A DNA stretch of 64,000 nt. It comes from Simkaniaceae bacterium (lineage in GTDB: Bacteria; Chlamydiota; Chlamydiia; Chlamydiales; Simkaniaceae). The stretch is taken from assembly GCA_030064985.1 (NCBI GenBank), contig JASJDV010000018.1:6056-70055 (forward strand), in the 5' to 3' direction. Below are positions 27,340 through 36,689 of this stretch, piece by piece. The translations under genes were made by a program, and so were the position numbers. Every line of letters starts with the position of its first letter. The first letter of the stretch is position 1. The notes under the pieces are model-generated. The model was not told the DNA's origin and ran no database searches. It was given only the letters and a program-made list of their open reading frames with translations.

Positions 27340-28605
27340 ATGAAAAAATATAAAGTTGTCACACTAGGATGTCGTACCAACCAATATGAATCCCAGGCTT
27401 TTGCTGACCAACTGAAGAAAGAGGGCTATGTCGAGGCAAAAGAGGGAGAAAAAGCCGATCTTTGCATTATAAATACCTGCACAGTTACCGAATCGGCTGA
27501 TAAGCGTTCTCTCTATCAAATTCGAAAAATTTCAAAAGATTTTTCCCCCGAGGCATTGGTTGTTACAGGCTGTTTAGCGCAGCGCTTAAAAAAAGAGCTT
27601 GAGCAGCTCGAAGCAGTGACCCATGTTGTTTCAAATCAAAATAAAGAACACCTTCTTTCAAAAGTTTTTCCTGAAAAAGAGTGGCCTGAGTTTCAAATTG
27701 AGCGGTTTGAGGCGCACACGCGCGCCTTTGTGAAAATCCAAGATGGATGTAATTCCTACTGTAGTTATTGCGTGATTCCCTTTGTCAGAGGGCGCTCTCG
27801 TTCAAAGAAGGTTTTTACTATTCTCAAAGAAATTGAAGTACTTGTTGAAAATGGCTACAAAGAAGTTGTTTTGACAGGGATTAATATTGGAGATTTTGAT
27901 GGAGATCAGTCGCCTCCGGTGCGCCTTTCGGACTTGGTTCGTCAGGTCGATAAGATCCAAGGTCTTGAACGGATCCGTATTTCCTCTATTGATCCCGATG
28001 AAGTCGACGATGATTTGATTGATGTGGTGGTTACTGGAGAAAAAACAGCCCCTTCCATGCATATTGTGCTTCAATCAGGATCAAACCTAACTTTGAAGAG
28101 AATGCGTCGGAACTATACAAAGCAAGACTTTATGACAGCAACCACAAGACTGCTAAAGGAAAATCCTAATTTTACCTTTACGACAGATGTGATCGTGGGT
28201 TTTCCAGGAGAAACGGAAGAAGAATTTCAAGAGACACTTAATCTTATGGATGAGGTGCCTTTTGCCAAAGTTCATATGTTTCCTTATAGCGATCGCCCCA
28301 AAACCCGCGCTTCACGGATGCCCCATAAAGTTTCCCCTATGGTGATTCAAGAGAGGAAAAGCCGCCTTTTGAGACGTGCTGAAAAAAATGCTTATGATCT
28401 TCGTCAAACATTTATTGAAAAAGAGTTTTCTGTCTTACTTGAAACCGAAGAAAAACCTGGTTATTTACTGGGACATACAGAAAATTTTCTTCCCATCTAC
28501 GTTCCTAAAGAAAGCTTGAGACCAAATACCTTAATTAGGGTAAAATGCATTGGCAATAACCCTGAAGGATTGATGGGTGAAGATCAAACTCACAGAAAAA
28601 TATAG
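27340..28605 (+). CDS. mtaB: MiaB-like tRNA methylthiotransferase (MtaB type)
   Basis: N-terminal VVTLGCRTNQYESQAF, radical SAM CNSYCSYC, and a C-terminal TRAM-like segment. The ATG at 27340 is preferred over the GTG at 27322. Confidence 0.85.
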   Translation: MKKYKVVTLGCRTNQYESQAFADQLKKEGYVEAKEGEKADLCIINTCTVTESADKRSLYQIRKISKDFSPEALVVTGCLAQRLKKELEQLEAVTHVVSNQNKEHLLSKVFPEKEWPEFQIERFEAHTRAFVKIQDGCNSYCSYCVIPFVRGRSRSKKVFTILKEIEVLVENGYKEVVLTGINIGDFDGDQSPPVRLSDLVRQVDKIQGLERIRISSIDPDEVDDDLIDVVVTGEKTAPSMHIVLQSGSNLTLKRMRRNYTKQDFMTATTRLLKENPNFTFTTDVIVGFPGETEEEFQETLNLMDEVPFAKVHMFPYSDRPKTRASRMPHKVSPMVIQERKSRLLRRAEKNAYDLRQTFIEKEFSVLLETEEKPGYLLGHTENFLPIYVPKESLRPNTLIRVKCIGNNPEGLMGEDQTHRKI

Positions 28606-29659
28606 ACCCTTTTCCCATGAAGTGGGAACAGCTCTTCTTATCCCCAAGAGCCCTTGGAAGGTGACTGTCTACCCTGCTAGACTGATCTTCGAAAATTTGA
28701 TTTCGCTGGGTAGGCGAGAAGTCTTAACGATTCTCCCCCAATTCGAGGGTCCGCCAGAGTCTTTTACTGTGATGCAAGATTTGGAAAAAGAGTGGGTACG
28801 TATTTTTGGGCTTGGGAAAAGGGGCTATTTTTCTTATCGCCTCGTTGCCTCTGCACATGAAATCATTCTTTTTGTGGAACGGTGTCCCGAAGAGGGACTT
28901 TTCTTTGATTTTGAAGGAGAGGTTAAAAATTTCAAAAGGAAAGAAAAACTGACGATCCCAACAACGACTCCTACTTTTTCTCTAAAGTCTTCAGAAAAAA
29001 TGCACTTTGGATCTTCTAAGAAACAAGATTGGTCCTTGGTAAAGCGAAGGTTACGCCTTGAAGAGATCCTTCCGATCTGGTTTCAACTGGGACAACAGAT
29101 TCCTGAGCATCCCATTCTAAATAGCGGAACTTCCCGTTATTTAAAAACGTGTGCTGATCGTTTAGCTGAGAAAAATCGAGAGCAAATTGGACAGGCTTTT
29201 ATAGAGCTTTTCAAAATGGGGTTTGACGGCATCCTTTCTCCGCGCCTCATAGATACTGATTACCAAAGTCACACTTCAGATGAAGAAATCCCCAAGGAAG
29301 CATCTTCTCTTATTTTGCTCGCAGAAGGAGCACGTCTTATTCGAAAACTTCTCATTGATATCAAAGATCGAGATATTGTGATTCTCCCTTGTCTTCCGAA
29401 AGAGATCCACTCTGGACGTTTTATTGGAGTTGAATGTGTTGAAGGACTTTCGATGGATTTAGAATGGTCGAAAAAACTGATTCGACGTTTAATGCTTCAT
29501 TCAAAGAAAGATCAAACCGTGACCTTTGCTTTCCAAAAACCCCTTCTATCTTTCCGACTCAGAATGGGCCGAGAAGGGAGAGGAGAACTTGTGCCGGTCG
29601 GAACGCCTTTAGAGCTTAAACAAGACGCCTTTTATAGTCTGGATCGTTTTCAGAAATAA
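28577..29659 (+). CDS. Hypothetical protein
   Basis: 360-aa ORF overlapping the mtaB end by 29 nt. No motif recognised. It has coding-like composition and sits between mtaB and glgB on the same strand. Confidence 0.5.
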   Translation: MKIKLTEKYRPFSHEVGTALLIPKSPWKVTVYPARLIFENLISLGRREVLTILPQFEGPPESFTVMQDLEKEWVRIFGLGKRGYFSYRLVASAHEIILFVERCPEEGLFFDFEGEVKNFKRKEKLTIPTTTPTFSLKSSEKMHFGSSKKQDWSLVKRRLRLEEILPIWFQLGQQIPEHPILNSGTSRYLKTCADRLAEKNREQIGQAFIELFKMGFDGILSPRLIDTDYQSHTSDEEIPKEASSLILLAEGARLIRKLLIDIKDRDIVILPCLPKEIHSGRFIGVECVEGLSMDLEWSKKLIRRLMLHSKKDQTVTFAFQKPLLSFRLRMGREGRGELVPVGTPLELKQDAFYSLDRFQK

Positions 29660-29847
29660 AAATTGAGAAAAAGTTGCTTGAAAAAGAGAGAAGGGGTCTT
29701 TATGAGCACTGTTTTGATCCTGAAAAATAGCGAACGCCAAGAGCGAATCTTGAGCCCATTTCATACGCCCCTCAGCCTATTTGAAGAGAAAAGAATAGAC
29801 AAGACGCAGCCTCGACCATAAGATGGGGAAAAATTCAGGATAGGTGC

Positions 29848-31905
29848 ATGGAAAGAACGAATCCTCACAGCTGTTTAGGGCTTCACAACAACGGGAAAAG
29901 TATTATCCTCTATGCTCCAAAAAAAGAAAAGGTTTGGGTAAAAGTTTTTGGACAAAATGTTCAAGCAAGTTCTTTAGGGGGAGGTCTTTTTGAATATCGA
30001 TTAGAGCATTCCATGACACTGAAAGATTACCACATCGTTCATCCAAATGGACTTGTTGCCTATGACCCTTACGCTTTTCTTCCAACATTTAGCACTGAAG
30101 ATGCTCGACTCTTTAATCAAGGAAAGCATGGGAAGATCTCAGAAGTTATGGGAGGAAGACTTTGTACACATCAGGAAGTTCAAGGGGTGAAATTTTCTGT
30201 CTGGGCTCCCCATGCAAAATCAGTCTCTTTAGTTGGGGATTTTAATCACTGGGCAACTGAGAAAAATCCGATGAGAATGATTGGGTCGTCAGGAGTTTGG
30301 GAACTTTTTATTCCTGGCCTGCAAGAAGGAGAGCGGTACAAATTTGCCATTCATACAAGCGCAGGACACCTACGATTAAAAGCAGATCCTTATGGCTATC
30401 AAGGTGAGATGCGCCCTTCTACAGCATCGGTAGTGACACGGATTGATCGCCATCAATGGAGCGACATGCAGTGGATGGAAAAAAGGAAACATTGCCTTCA
30501 TGACCCCCTGAATATCTATAAACTTCATATTGGCTCGTGGAAAACAAGAGGGGGAGAGTTCATGAACTATCGGCAGTTAGCGCCTCTTGTTGTAGAATAT
30601 GTGAAAGAGCTGGGATTTACCCATATTGAGCTTCTCCCGCTGATGGGGCATCCTTTAGACGAATCTTGGGGTTATCAAGTCACTGGCTATTACGCGATCT
30701 CGAGACGGTATGGAACGGTTGAAGATTTTCAGTGGTTTGTAGATTATCTTCATCAAAACGATATTGGGGTGATCTTTGATTGGGTTCCCGGTCATTTTCC
30801 AACCGATGCACATTCCATTGTCCAATTTGATGGGACGCACCTCTATGAGCATGAAGATCCAAGGTGGGGGTATCATCCAAAGTGGGATACCTTGATCTTT
30901 AACTATGGAAAACCAGAAGTCGTAAATTTTCTTATTGGAAGCGCTATCTACTACCTTGATAAAATGCATCTCGATGGTCTCCGTGTTGATGCTGTTTCTT
31001 CCATCATCTACCTCGACTTTGAAAGAAAAGAGCATCAATGGAAACCCAACGTGAAAGGGGGAAATGAAAACATTGAAGGGATCGCCTTTTTAAAAGAGCT
31101 GAATGCAAAGGTTCACAAAGCTTTTCCCACCGCATTGATGATGGCTGAAGAATCTCATGCCTATCCAGGGGTGACCGATCCCAATCGATTGGGTTTTGAT
31201 CTGAGATGGGATCTTGGGTGGTCCATTGATATTTTGAAGTTTTTTGAGACGGATCATCCGTATCGCAGTCATGTTTTTAAAAATTTGACCCATGAGATGA
31301 CTTACTACTACTCTGAAAAACATATCTTGCCCCTTTCCCATGATAGTGTCACCCATGGGAGAAAATCTCTTTTATCAAAGATGCCAGGAAGTGAGTGGGA
31401 ACAGTTTGCTAACCTCCGTCTTCTTCTCAGTTATCTGCTGACCCATCCAGGAAAAAAACTTCTTTTTATGGGAGGAGTACTGGGGCAAAAAGAGGAGTGG
31501 AACTGCAACAAAATACTTCCATGGGATCTATTGAGAGTCCCTTATCATTTGGGGATCTATACCTGTTTGGCAACACTCAATCACTTTTACCTTTCTCATC
31601 CTGCCCTTTATGTCGATGACTTTTCCCCTGAAGGATTTCAATGGATCGAACCCTTTGATGAAAAAAATTTAGTTCTTACCTATCTTAGAAAAGGGGGAGG
31701 TGAAACCCTTCTTTGTATCCATCATTTCTATCCTAAAACTTTGGAAGATTATTTCATTCCCTTTGAGGGAAACGCGAGGGAAATTTTTTCTACTGATTCG
31801 AAAGAATATCAAGGATCTGGCATAATAAACTCTGAAATAAAAGCTGAAAAAGGGGGAATTAACCTGACCCTTCCTCCTCTTGCAACCGTAATATTATCTG
31901 TATGA
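29848..31905 (+). CDS. glgB: 1,4-alpha-glucan branching enzyme
   Basis: 685 aa. GH13 catalytic blocks FDWVPGHFP, GLRVDAVSS, MMAEES and LSHDSV, with an N-terminal CBM48-like region (VKFSVWAPHAKSVSLVGDFNHW). Confidence 0.93.
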   Translation: MERTNPHSCLGLHNNGKSIILYAPKKEKVWVKVFGQNVQASSLGGGLFEYRLEHSMTLKDYHIVHPNGLVAYDPYAFLPTFSTEDARLFNQGKHGKISEVMGGRLCTHQEVQGVKFSVWAPHAKSVSLVGDFNHWATEKNPMRMIGSSGVWELFIPGLQEGERYKFAIHTSAGHLRLKADPYGYQGEMRPSTASVVTRIDRHQWSDMQWMEKRKHCLHDPLNIYKLHIGSWKTRGGEFMNYRQLAPLVVEYVKELGFTHIELLPLMGHPLDESWGYQVTGYYAISRRYGTVEDFQWFVDYLHQNDIGVIFDWVPGHFPTDAHSIVQFDGTHLYEHEDPRWGYHPKWDTLIFNYGKPEVVNFLIGSAIYYLDKMHLDGLRVDAVSSIIYLDFERKEHQWKPNVKGGNENIEGIAFLKELNAKVHKAFPTALMMAEESHAYPGVTDPNRLGFDLRWDLGWSIDILKFFETDHPYRSHVFKNLTHEMTYYYSEKHILPLSHDSVTHGRKSLLSKMPGSEWEQFANLRLLLSYLLTHPGKKLLFMGGVLGQKEEWNCNKILPWDLLRVPYHLGIYTCLATLNHFYLSHPALYVDDFSPEGFQWIEPFDEKNLVLTYLRKGGGETLLCIHHFYPKTLEDYFIPFEGNAREIFSTDSKEYQGSGIINSEIKAEKGGINLTLPPLATVILSV

Positions 31906-33881
31906 CTACTTTGGACGCTTATTTAAAGCTTCTTGAAAAGATAAAGAGGCATGACACTCTCTATTTTCAACATTCTCAACCTGAAATTTCAGACTATGAA
32001 TATGACCTGCTTGTTAAACGCGTTGAGAAAATTGAAAGTGAGCATCCCGATTGGGTTCCTGAAGACACTCCCACTTCCCGCGTAGGAGGAGCCCCAACAA
32101 AAGGGTTTCCTCAAGTTAAGCATGAATATCCCATGCTTTCGCTTAGCAATACCTATTCCAAGCAAGAAGTGGCTGCTTTTATTAAGAGGGTCGATAAGTT
32201 CTTGGAAGGACGTCCCGTTACCTATTGTGTTGAACTCAAAATGGACGGAGTGGCGCTGTCTCTAAAATACGAAGAGGGAACCCTAATTAGAGGTGTTACT
32301 CGTGGGAATGGAAAGTGGGGCGATGACATCACTCCAAATATTAAAACCATTACAACCCTTCCCCAGATGCTTAAGGAAAACGTTTCGATTGAAGTCCGTG
32401 GTGAGGTGTTTATTCCAAAAAAAGAATTCATTGAGCTGAATCGAGAGCGGGAAGAAGCGGGGGAAGTGCCTTGGGCCAATCCTCGAAATGCCGCAGCAGG
32501 ATCGCTAAAACTTCTCGATGCAAAAGAAGTGGCCGAGCGAAAACTTACTATCGTTGTTTATAGTGCTATAGGGTCTGGAAAAGAAAAGCACTCTCAAATC
32601 CACCACTATCTAAAAAAAATGGGCTTCCCCGTTGGATCTGAGAAGTATTTTAAGGTCTGTAAAACCGTTGATGAAATCTTTGCTTTTGCCGATCAAATTG
32701 ACAAGATCCGCGGAGATCTTCCCTTTGAAATCGATGGGATTGTCATTAAAGTAGATCTTCTTCGATACCACGATATGATGGGAGCAACAGCCAAGAGTCC
32801 TCGCTGGGCAACAGCTTATAAGTTTGCTCCTGAACAAGCAGAAACGGTGATTGAAGCAATCTCAGTTCAAGTAGGGCGCACAGGCATTTTAACCCCTGTT
32901 GCAGACTTAAAACCCGTACCTCTTGCAGGCAGTACAATTTCTCGAGCAACGCTTCATAACGAAGAAGAGGTGGCTAGAAAAGATATTCGGGAAGGGGACT
33001 ATGTGATCATTGAAAAAGGGGGAGACATTATTCCTAAAGTGGTCCATGTGATCACAGCAAAGCGCGCGCGCCATTCAAAGCCTTGGATCATGCCAGAAGT
33101 TTGTCCCATTTGTGGAGCAGAAGTGATCCGCAAAGAGGGGGAGGTTGCCGTTCGGTGTCCTAATCAGGCGAAATGCGGAGGACAAAACCTCCGCCGTCTT
33201 TCCTTTTTTGCGAGCAAAAATGCAATGGATATCGATCATCTTGGTCCTGAAATTATCAAAAAGCTCGCCGATTATGGTTTTATCTCGCGTGCTTCCGATC
33301 TCTATCGTTTGACAGCAGAAGAGCTTTCTAAGCTCGAAGGGTTGAAGGAAAAGTCGATCAAAAACCTCTTAAAAAGTATCGAAGACTCAAAAAAAACAAC
33401 CCTTGCGCATTTTATTTTTGCAATTGGAATCCCCTACGTTGGTCAAGGAACCGCTCAATTACTTGCCGACAGCGCAGGAAGTATCGAAAAGCTTGCTAAA
33501 ATGTCTGAAGAAGAACTGTGTACCATTGATGGTGTTGGCGCTAAAGTTGCTGACTCTGTCATTGAATTTTTGAGAGATCCTGCTCACCAAAAAGAAATCG
33601 ATGACCTCCTCCATTTGGGGGTTACTCCCACAACTCAACTTCAGAAGATTGAGGGGCATGCCTTTAAGGGAAAAACTTTTGTGATTACCGGTAGCTTAGC
33701 AGCACTCACTCGAAGTGAAGCTGGGACGCTCATCAAAGAGCGAGGAGGGAGAGTCAGTAGCTCCGTAAGCAAAAAAACAGACTTTGTGCTTGTCGGTGAA
33801 GATCCCGGGTCAAAATATGATAAAGCAAAAGATCTAGGAATCACAATTCTCGATGCAGCTTCTTTCCAAAAAATACTTTAA
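31902..33881 (+). CDS. ligA: NAD-dependent DNA ligase
   Basis: 659 aa. Adenylation motif CVELKMDGVALSL, Zn finger CPICGAEVIRKEGEVAVRCPNQAKC, HhH region and C-terminal BRCT (GKTFVITGSL). ATGA overlap with glgB. Confidence 0.96.
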   Translation: MTTLDAYLKLLEKIKRHDTLYFQHSQPEISDYEYDLLVKRVEKIESEHPDWVPEDTPTSRVGGAPTKGFPQVKHEYPMLSLSNTYSKQEVAAFIKRVDKFLEGRPVTYCVELKMDGVALSLKYEEGTLIRGVTRGNGKWGDDITPNIKTITTLPQMLKENVSIEVRGEVFIPKKEFIELNREREEAGEVPWANPRNAAAGSLKLLDAKEVAERKLTIVVYSAIGSGKEKHSQIHHYLKKMGFPVGSEKYFKVCKTVDEIFAFADQIDKIRGDLPFEIDGIVIKVDLLRYHDMMGATAKSPRWATAYKFAPEQAETVIEAISVQVGRTGILTPVADLKPVPLAGSTISRATLHNEEEVARKDIREGDYVIIEKGGDIIPKVVHVITAKRARHSKPWIMPEVCPICGAEVIRKEGEVAVRCPNQAKCGGQNLRRLSFFASKNAMDIDHLGPEIIKKLADYGFISRASDLYRLTAEELSKLEGLKEKSIKNLLKSIEDSKKTTLAHFIFAIGIPYVGQGTAQLLADSAGSIEKLAKMSEEELCTIDGVGAKVADSVIEFLRDPAHQKEIDDLLHLGVTPTTQLQKIEGHAFKGKTFVITGSLAALTRSEAGTLIKERGGRVSSSVSKKTDFVLVGEDPGSKYDKAKDLGITILDAASFQKIL

Positions 33882-33990
33882 CGCATTAGCGCCCCTTTGA
33901 AATAGCTTTTAGGCTGCCCTATTCAAAAGCATTTGCGGTGCACAAGCTCGAAGTGAGATCGATCGGTCTCTTAGGGCGCGCGACAAAAAC

Positions 33991-34737
33991 TTAGTGCCGT
34001 ATTGAGAAAGTCTTAAAAAGATTTCCTAATGGGCCTATAAGTGTAGAGTCTATCGTTAAACGGGGCTCTTTCCTGATGAGTTTTTCATCGTTGCACCCTT
34101 CGTTGCGAAACTGTTGAATCACGTAATGGTGCACTCCCATCTGGTGGAGCTGTTCCATGATTTTTCGCATGTCTTCTGGAGAGTGGAGTTGGGGATGAAC
34201 GGTTGTGCGACATTCGTAAGGGATTTTTGCTTTTAGGAGAAGTTTTAGGCAGTGCCATACAGAGTCCCCACTTTTGGGGACTCCCGTGATTTTAGAGTAG
34301 TGTTCCAGTGGAGCTTTGATATCTAACCCGACCCAATCAAGGTAGCGTAGAACTTTCTCAAAATGAGAGGGGGAGGTCCCATTGGTGTGGAGCCCAATTT
34401 TAAACCCCAATTTTTTAACTGCGCGCAGCGCAGAGATGAGAGAGGGCTGAAGGAGGGGTTCTCCTCCACTAAACACAACAGCTTCGAGAAGGTTTTGCCG
34501 CGTTCTTAGAAAAGCCATGACTTTTGCCCACTCAGAGTTGGCATCTTTTTTTGGCTGCGACAAGGGTTGTAATCCTGGGTTATGACAGTAGCGGCACCTC
34601 CAATGGCATCCTTGGCAAAAAATCACAGCTGAGAGGTGCAGGGGATAGTCTCCCATACTAAAAGGAAGAAATCCTCCAACGTTTAGCGCTCTTTTTCTAG
34701 AGGGCAGCTTTTTCTTCTTCGAAGAAAATGCGTTCAT
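33991..34737 (-). CDS. nrdG: Anaerobic ribonucleoside-triphosphate reductase activating protein (radical SAM)
   Basis: 248 aa. CX3CX2C cluster motif within FCQGCHWRCRYCHNP, plus a GGEPLLQ SAM-binding block. It overlaps the 3' end of nrdD. Confidence 0.85.
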   Translation of the reverse strand: MNAFSSKKKKLPSRKRALNVGGFLPFSMGDYPLHLSAVIFCQGCHWRCRYCHNPGLQPLSQPKKDANSEWAKVMAFLRTRQNLLEAVVFSGGEPLLQPSLISALRAVKKLGFKIGLHTNGTSPSHFEKVLRYLDWVGLDIKAPLEHYSKITGVPKSGDSVWHCLKLLLKAKIPYECRTTVHPQLHSPEDMRKIMEQLHQMGVHHYVIQQFRNEGCNDEKLIRKEPRLTIDSTLIGPLGNLFKTFSIRH

Positions 34738-36586
34738 GATGCTCTCCTTTTTTTCCGATATTAAAACAAGAAACGGGGCGGTGATATCCCATCACACGTG
34801 TCCAAACTTCGCAAGGCTCTCTTTCTTCATCGGTAAGAGAAGCTTTTTCTTGCAAAAGGAGGGCGTCGCACTCAGGGCAAAATGGCTGTTCCCCCGGAAG
34901 GTATCCATGGGTGCGGCAGATAGAAAAAGTGGGGGTGATTGTGATGTAGGGAAGGCGGTATTTTTCTAAAGAGGTCTTTACAAGCTTTTTACAGGCTGCA
35001 GCGTCTGATATTTTTTCAGACATATAAAGGTGTAGCACCGTTCCTCCCGTATACTTTGCTTGAAGGTTCTCTTGGAGTCGAAGGGCTTCAAAAGGATCGT
35101 CAGTATAGCCGACAGGGAGTTGAGAAGAGTTGGTATAATAGGGGAATTTTGCTGTTCCAGCTTGGAGGATGTCTGGGTATCTTTTCTTATCTTCCTTAGC
35201 AAAACGGTAGGTTGTTCCCTCAGCAGGTGTTGCTTCTAGATTGTACATGTGATTGGTTTCTTCTTGGAACTTTGTAATTCTTGACCGTATATGATCGAGA
35301 AAATCAGCCGCAAGCTGAAACCCCTCAGGAGTTGTAATATCTTCTGCATCATGGGTGAAGTTTCTAATCATTTCATTGATTCCGTTAACGCCGATGGTTG
35401 AAAAATGATTCCGAAGGGTTCCGAGGAAATGTTTGGTAAAAGGGTAGAGCCCTTGATCCATCAATTTTTGAATGGTTGCTCGTTTCATTTCCAAACTTTC
35501 TTTGGCAGTTGTTAAAAGATCATCGAGCCTTTCATATAGACCTTCTTTATTTCCTTTAAATAAAAAGCCTAGCCGTGCGCAGTTGATGGTAACAACACCG
35601 ATCGATCCTGTTTGCTCTGCAGATCCAAATAGACCGTTTCCTCTTTTTAAGAGTTCTCTAAGGTCTAGTTGGAGGCGGCAACACATAGAGCGGATCATGT
35701 TGGGTTGCAGCTCAGAATTAATAAAGTTTTGGAAATAGGGAAGGCCATACTTTGCTGTCATCTCAAAGAGTAAGTGTGTGTTGGGGCTATCCCAGGGAAA
35801 ATCTGAGGTGATGTTGTAAGTGGGAATGGGGAAGGTGAAAATGCGTCCCTTGGCGTCTCCAGCCATCATCACCTCGATGTATGCTTGATTGATCCTGTCC
35901 ATTTCTTGTTGCAGTTCCCCATAACGAAATGGCAGGGTTTCTCCTCCAATGATTGGAAATTGCTCTCGTAAATCTTCAGGGCACACCCAATCAAATGTTA
36001 AATTCGTAAAGGGGGTTTGAGTTCCCCACCTCGAAGGAACGTTTAAATTGAAGATCAATTCTTGCATTTTCTGTTTAACTGCGCGATAGGAGAGTCTTTC
36101 TTTTCTCACATAAGGTGCCATGTACGTGTCAAAAGAGCTCAAAGCTTGAGCGCCTGCCCATTCATTTTGCAGTGTTCCAAGAAAATTAACAATTTGACCG
36201 ATTGCGCTTGAAAAATGTTTGGGGGGTTTAGCTTCTACTTTGCCAACCACTCCATTAAAACCTTCTGACAAAAGAGTTTTGAGAGACCAGCCCGCGCAAT
36301 AGCCTGCCAATAGGTCAAGGTCGTGGATATGAAAATCTCCTTCTCGGTGGGCCTCTCCGATTTTTTTAGAGTAAATATGAGAAAGCCAGTAGTTAGCTGT
36401 TATTTTTCCCGAGATATTTAAAATTAATCCTCCGAGGGAAAAGCCTTGATTGGCGTTCGCATGAATGCGCCAATCCTGCCTATCTAAATATTCATTCATT
36501 GCTTGAATAGGATCAACAGTAACGGTTGACTGTTCTTGATTGTTACTACCTTTTGTATCTAAGAGACATTGATGCATATCCGCCAT
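34697..36586 (-). CDS. nrdD: Anaerobic ribonucleoside-triphosphate reductase, class III
   Basis: 629 aa. C-terminal glycyl-radical motif TRVMGYHRPV, preceded by the Cys/His cluster CRTHGY...CPEC. NrdD-type core blocks (NLNVPSRWGTQTPFTNLTF, MCCRL). No ATP-cone at the N-terminus. Confidence 0.92.
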   Translation of the reverse strand: MADMHQCLLDTKGSNNQEQSTVTVDPIQAMNEYLDRQDWRIHANANQGFSLGGLILNISGKITANYWLSHIYSKKIGEAHREGDFHIHDLDLLAGYCAGWSLKTLLSEGFNGVVGKVEAKPPKHFSSAIGQIVNFLGTLQNEWAGAQALSSFDTYMAPYVRKERLSYRAVKQKMQELIFNLNVPSRWGTQTPFTNLTFDWVCPEDLREQFPIIGGETLPFRYGELQQEMDRINQAYIEVMMAGDAKGRIFTFPIPTYNITSDFPWDSPNTHLLFEMTAKYGLPYFQNFINSELQPNMIRSMCCRLQLDLRELLKRGNGLFGSAEQTGSIGVVTINCARLGFLFKGNKEGLYERLDDLLTTAKESLEMKRATIQKLMDQGLYPFTKHFLGTLRNHFSTIGVNGINEMIRNFTHDAEDITTPEGFQLAADFLDHIRSRITKFQEETNHMYNLEATPAEGTTYRFAKEDKKRYPDILQAGTAKFPYYTNSSQLPVGYTDDPFEALRLQENLQAKYTGGTVLHLYMSEKISDAAACKKLVKTSLEKYRLPYITITPTFSICRTHGYLPGEQPFCPECDALLLQEKASLTDEEREPCEVWTRVMGYHRPVSCFNIGKKGEHHERIFFEEEKAAL

Positions 36587-36624
36587 CCTTTTTATGCAGT
36601 ATGATGTAGTTTACAGTTTAAAAA

Positions 36625-36640
36625 ACACAACATATTGTAT
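36625..36640 (-). promoter_or_regulatory. NrdR-box-like palindrome upstream of nrdD
   Basis: ACACAACATATTGTAT lies 39-54 nt upstream of the nrdD ATG. It matches the published NrdR consensus acaCwAtATaTwGtgt at 14 of 16 positions by my count. A weak second AT-rich half-match starts 32 nt away (36657). Confidence 0.35.
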
Positions 36641-36689
36641 TTTTATCTAAAAAATCAACAGATATTTCAATTGACAAAATTGTGCAACT

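Noticed and set aside
27328-27340. Exact 13-nt match ACTTGACTGTCAT between the mtaB start region and 46548-46560 in the propeller leader.
   Set aside because: A rough estimate gives on the order of a hundred chance 13-mer matches in 64 kb counted on both strands. There is no extended similarity around the match.
29702-29821. A 39-aa ORF (MSTVLILKNSERQERILSPFHTPLSLFEEKRIDKTQPRP) just upstream of glgB in another frame, considered as a frameshifted N-terminus of GlgB.
   Set aside because: The glgB ORF from 29848 already begins close to the conserved NPH..LG.H block, and the resemblance of the small ORF to GlgB N-termini is too vague to call a frameshift.
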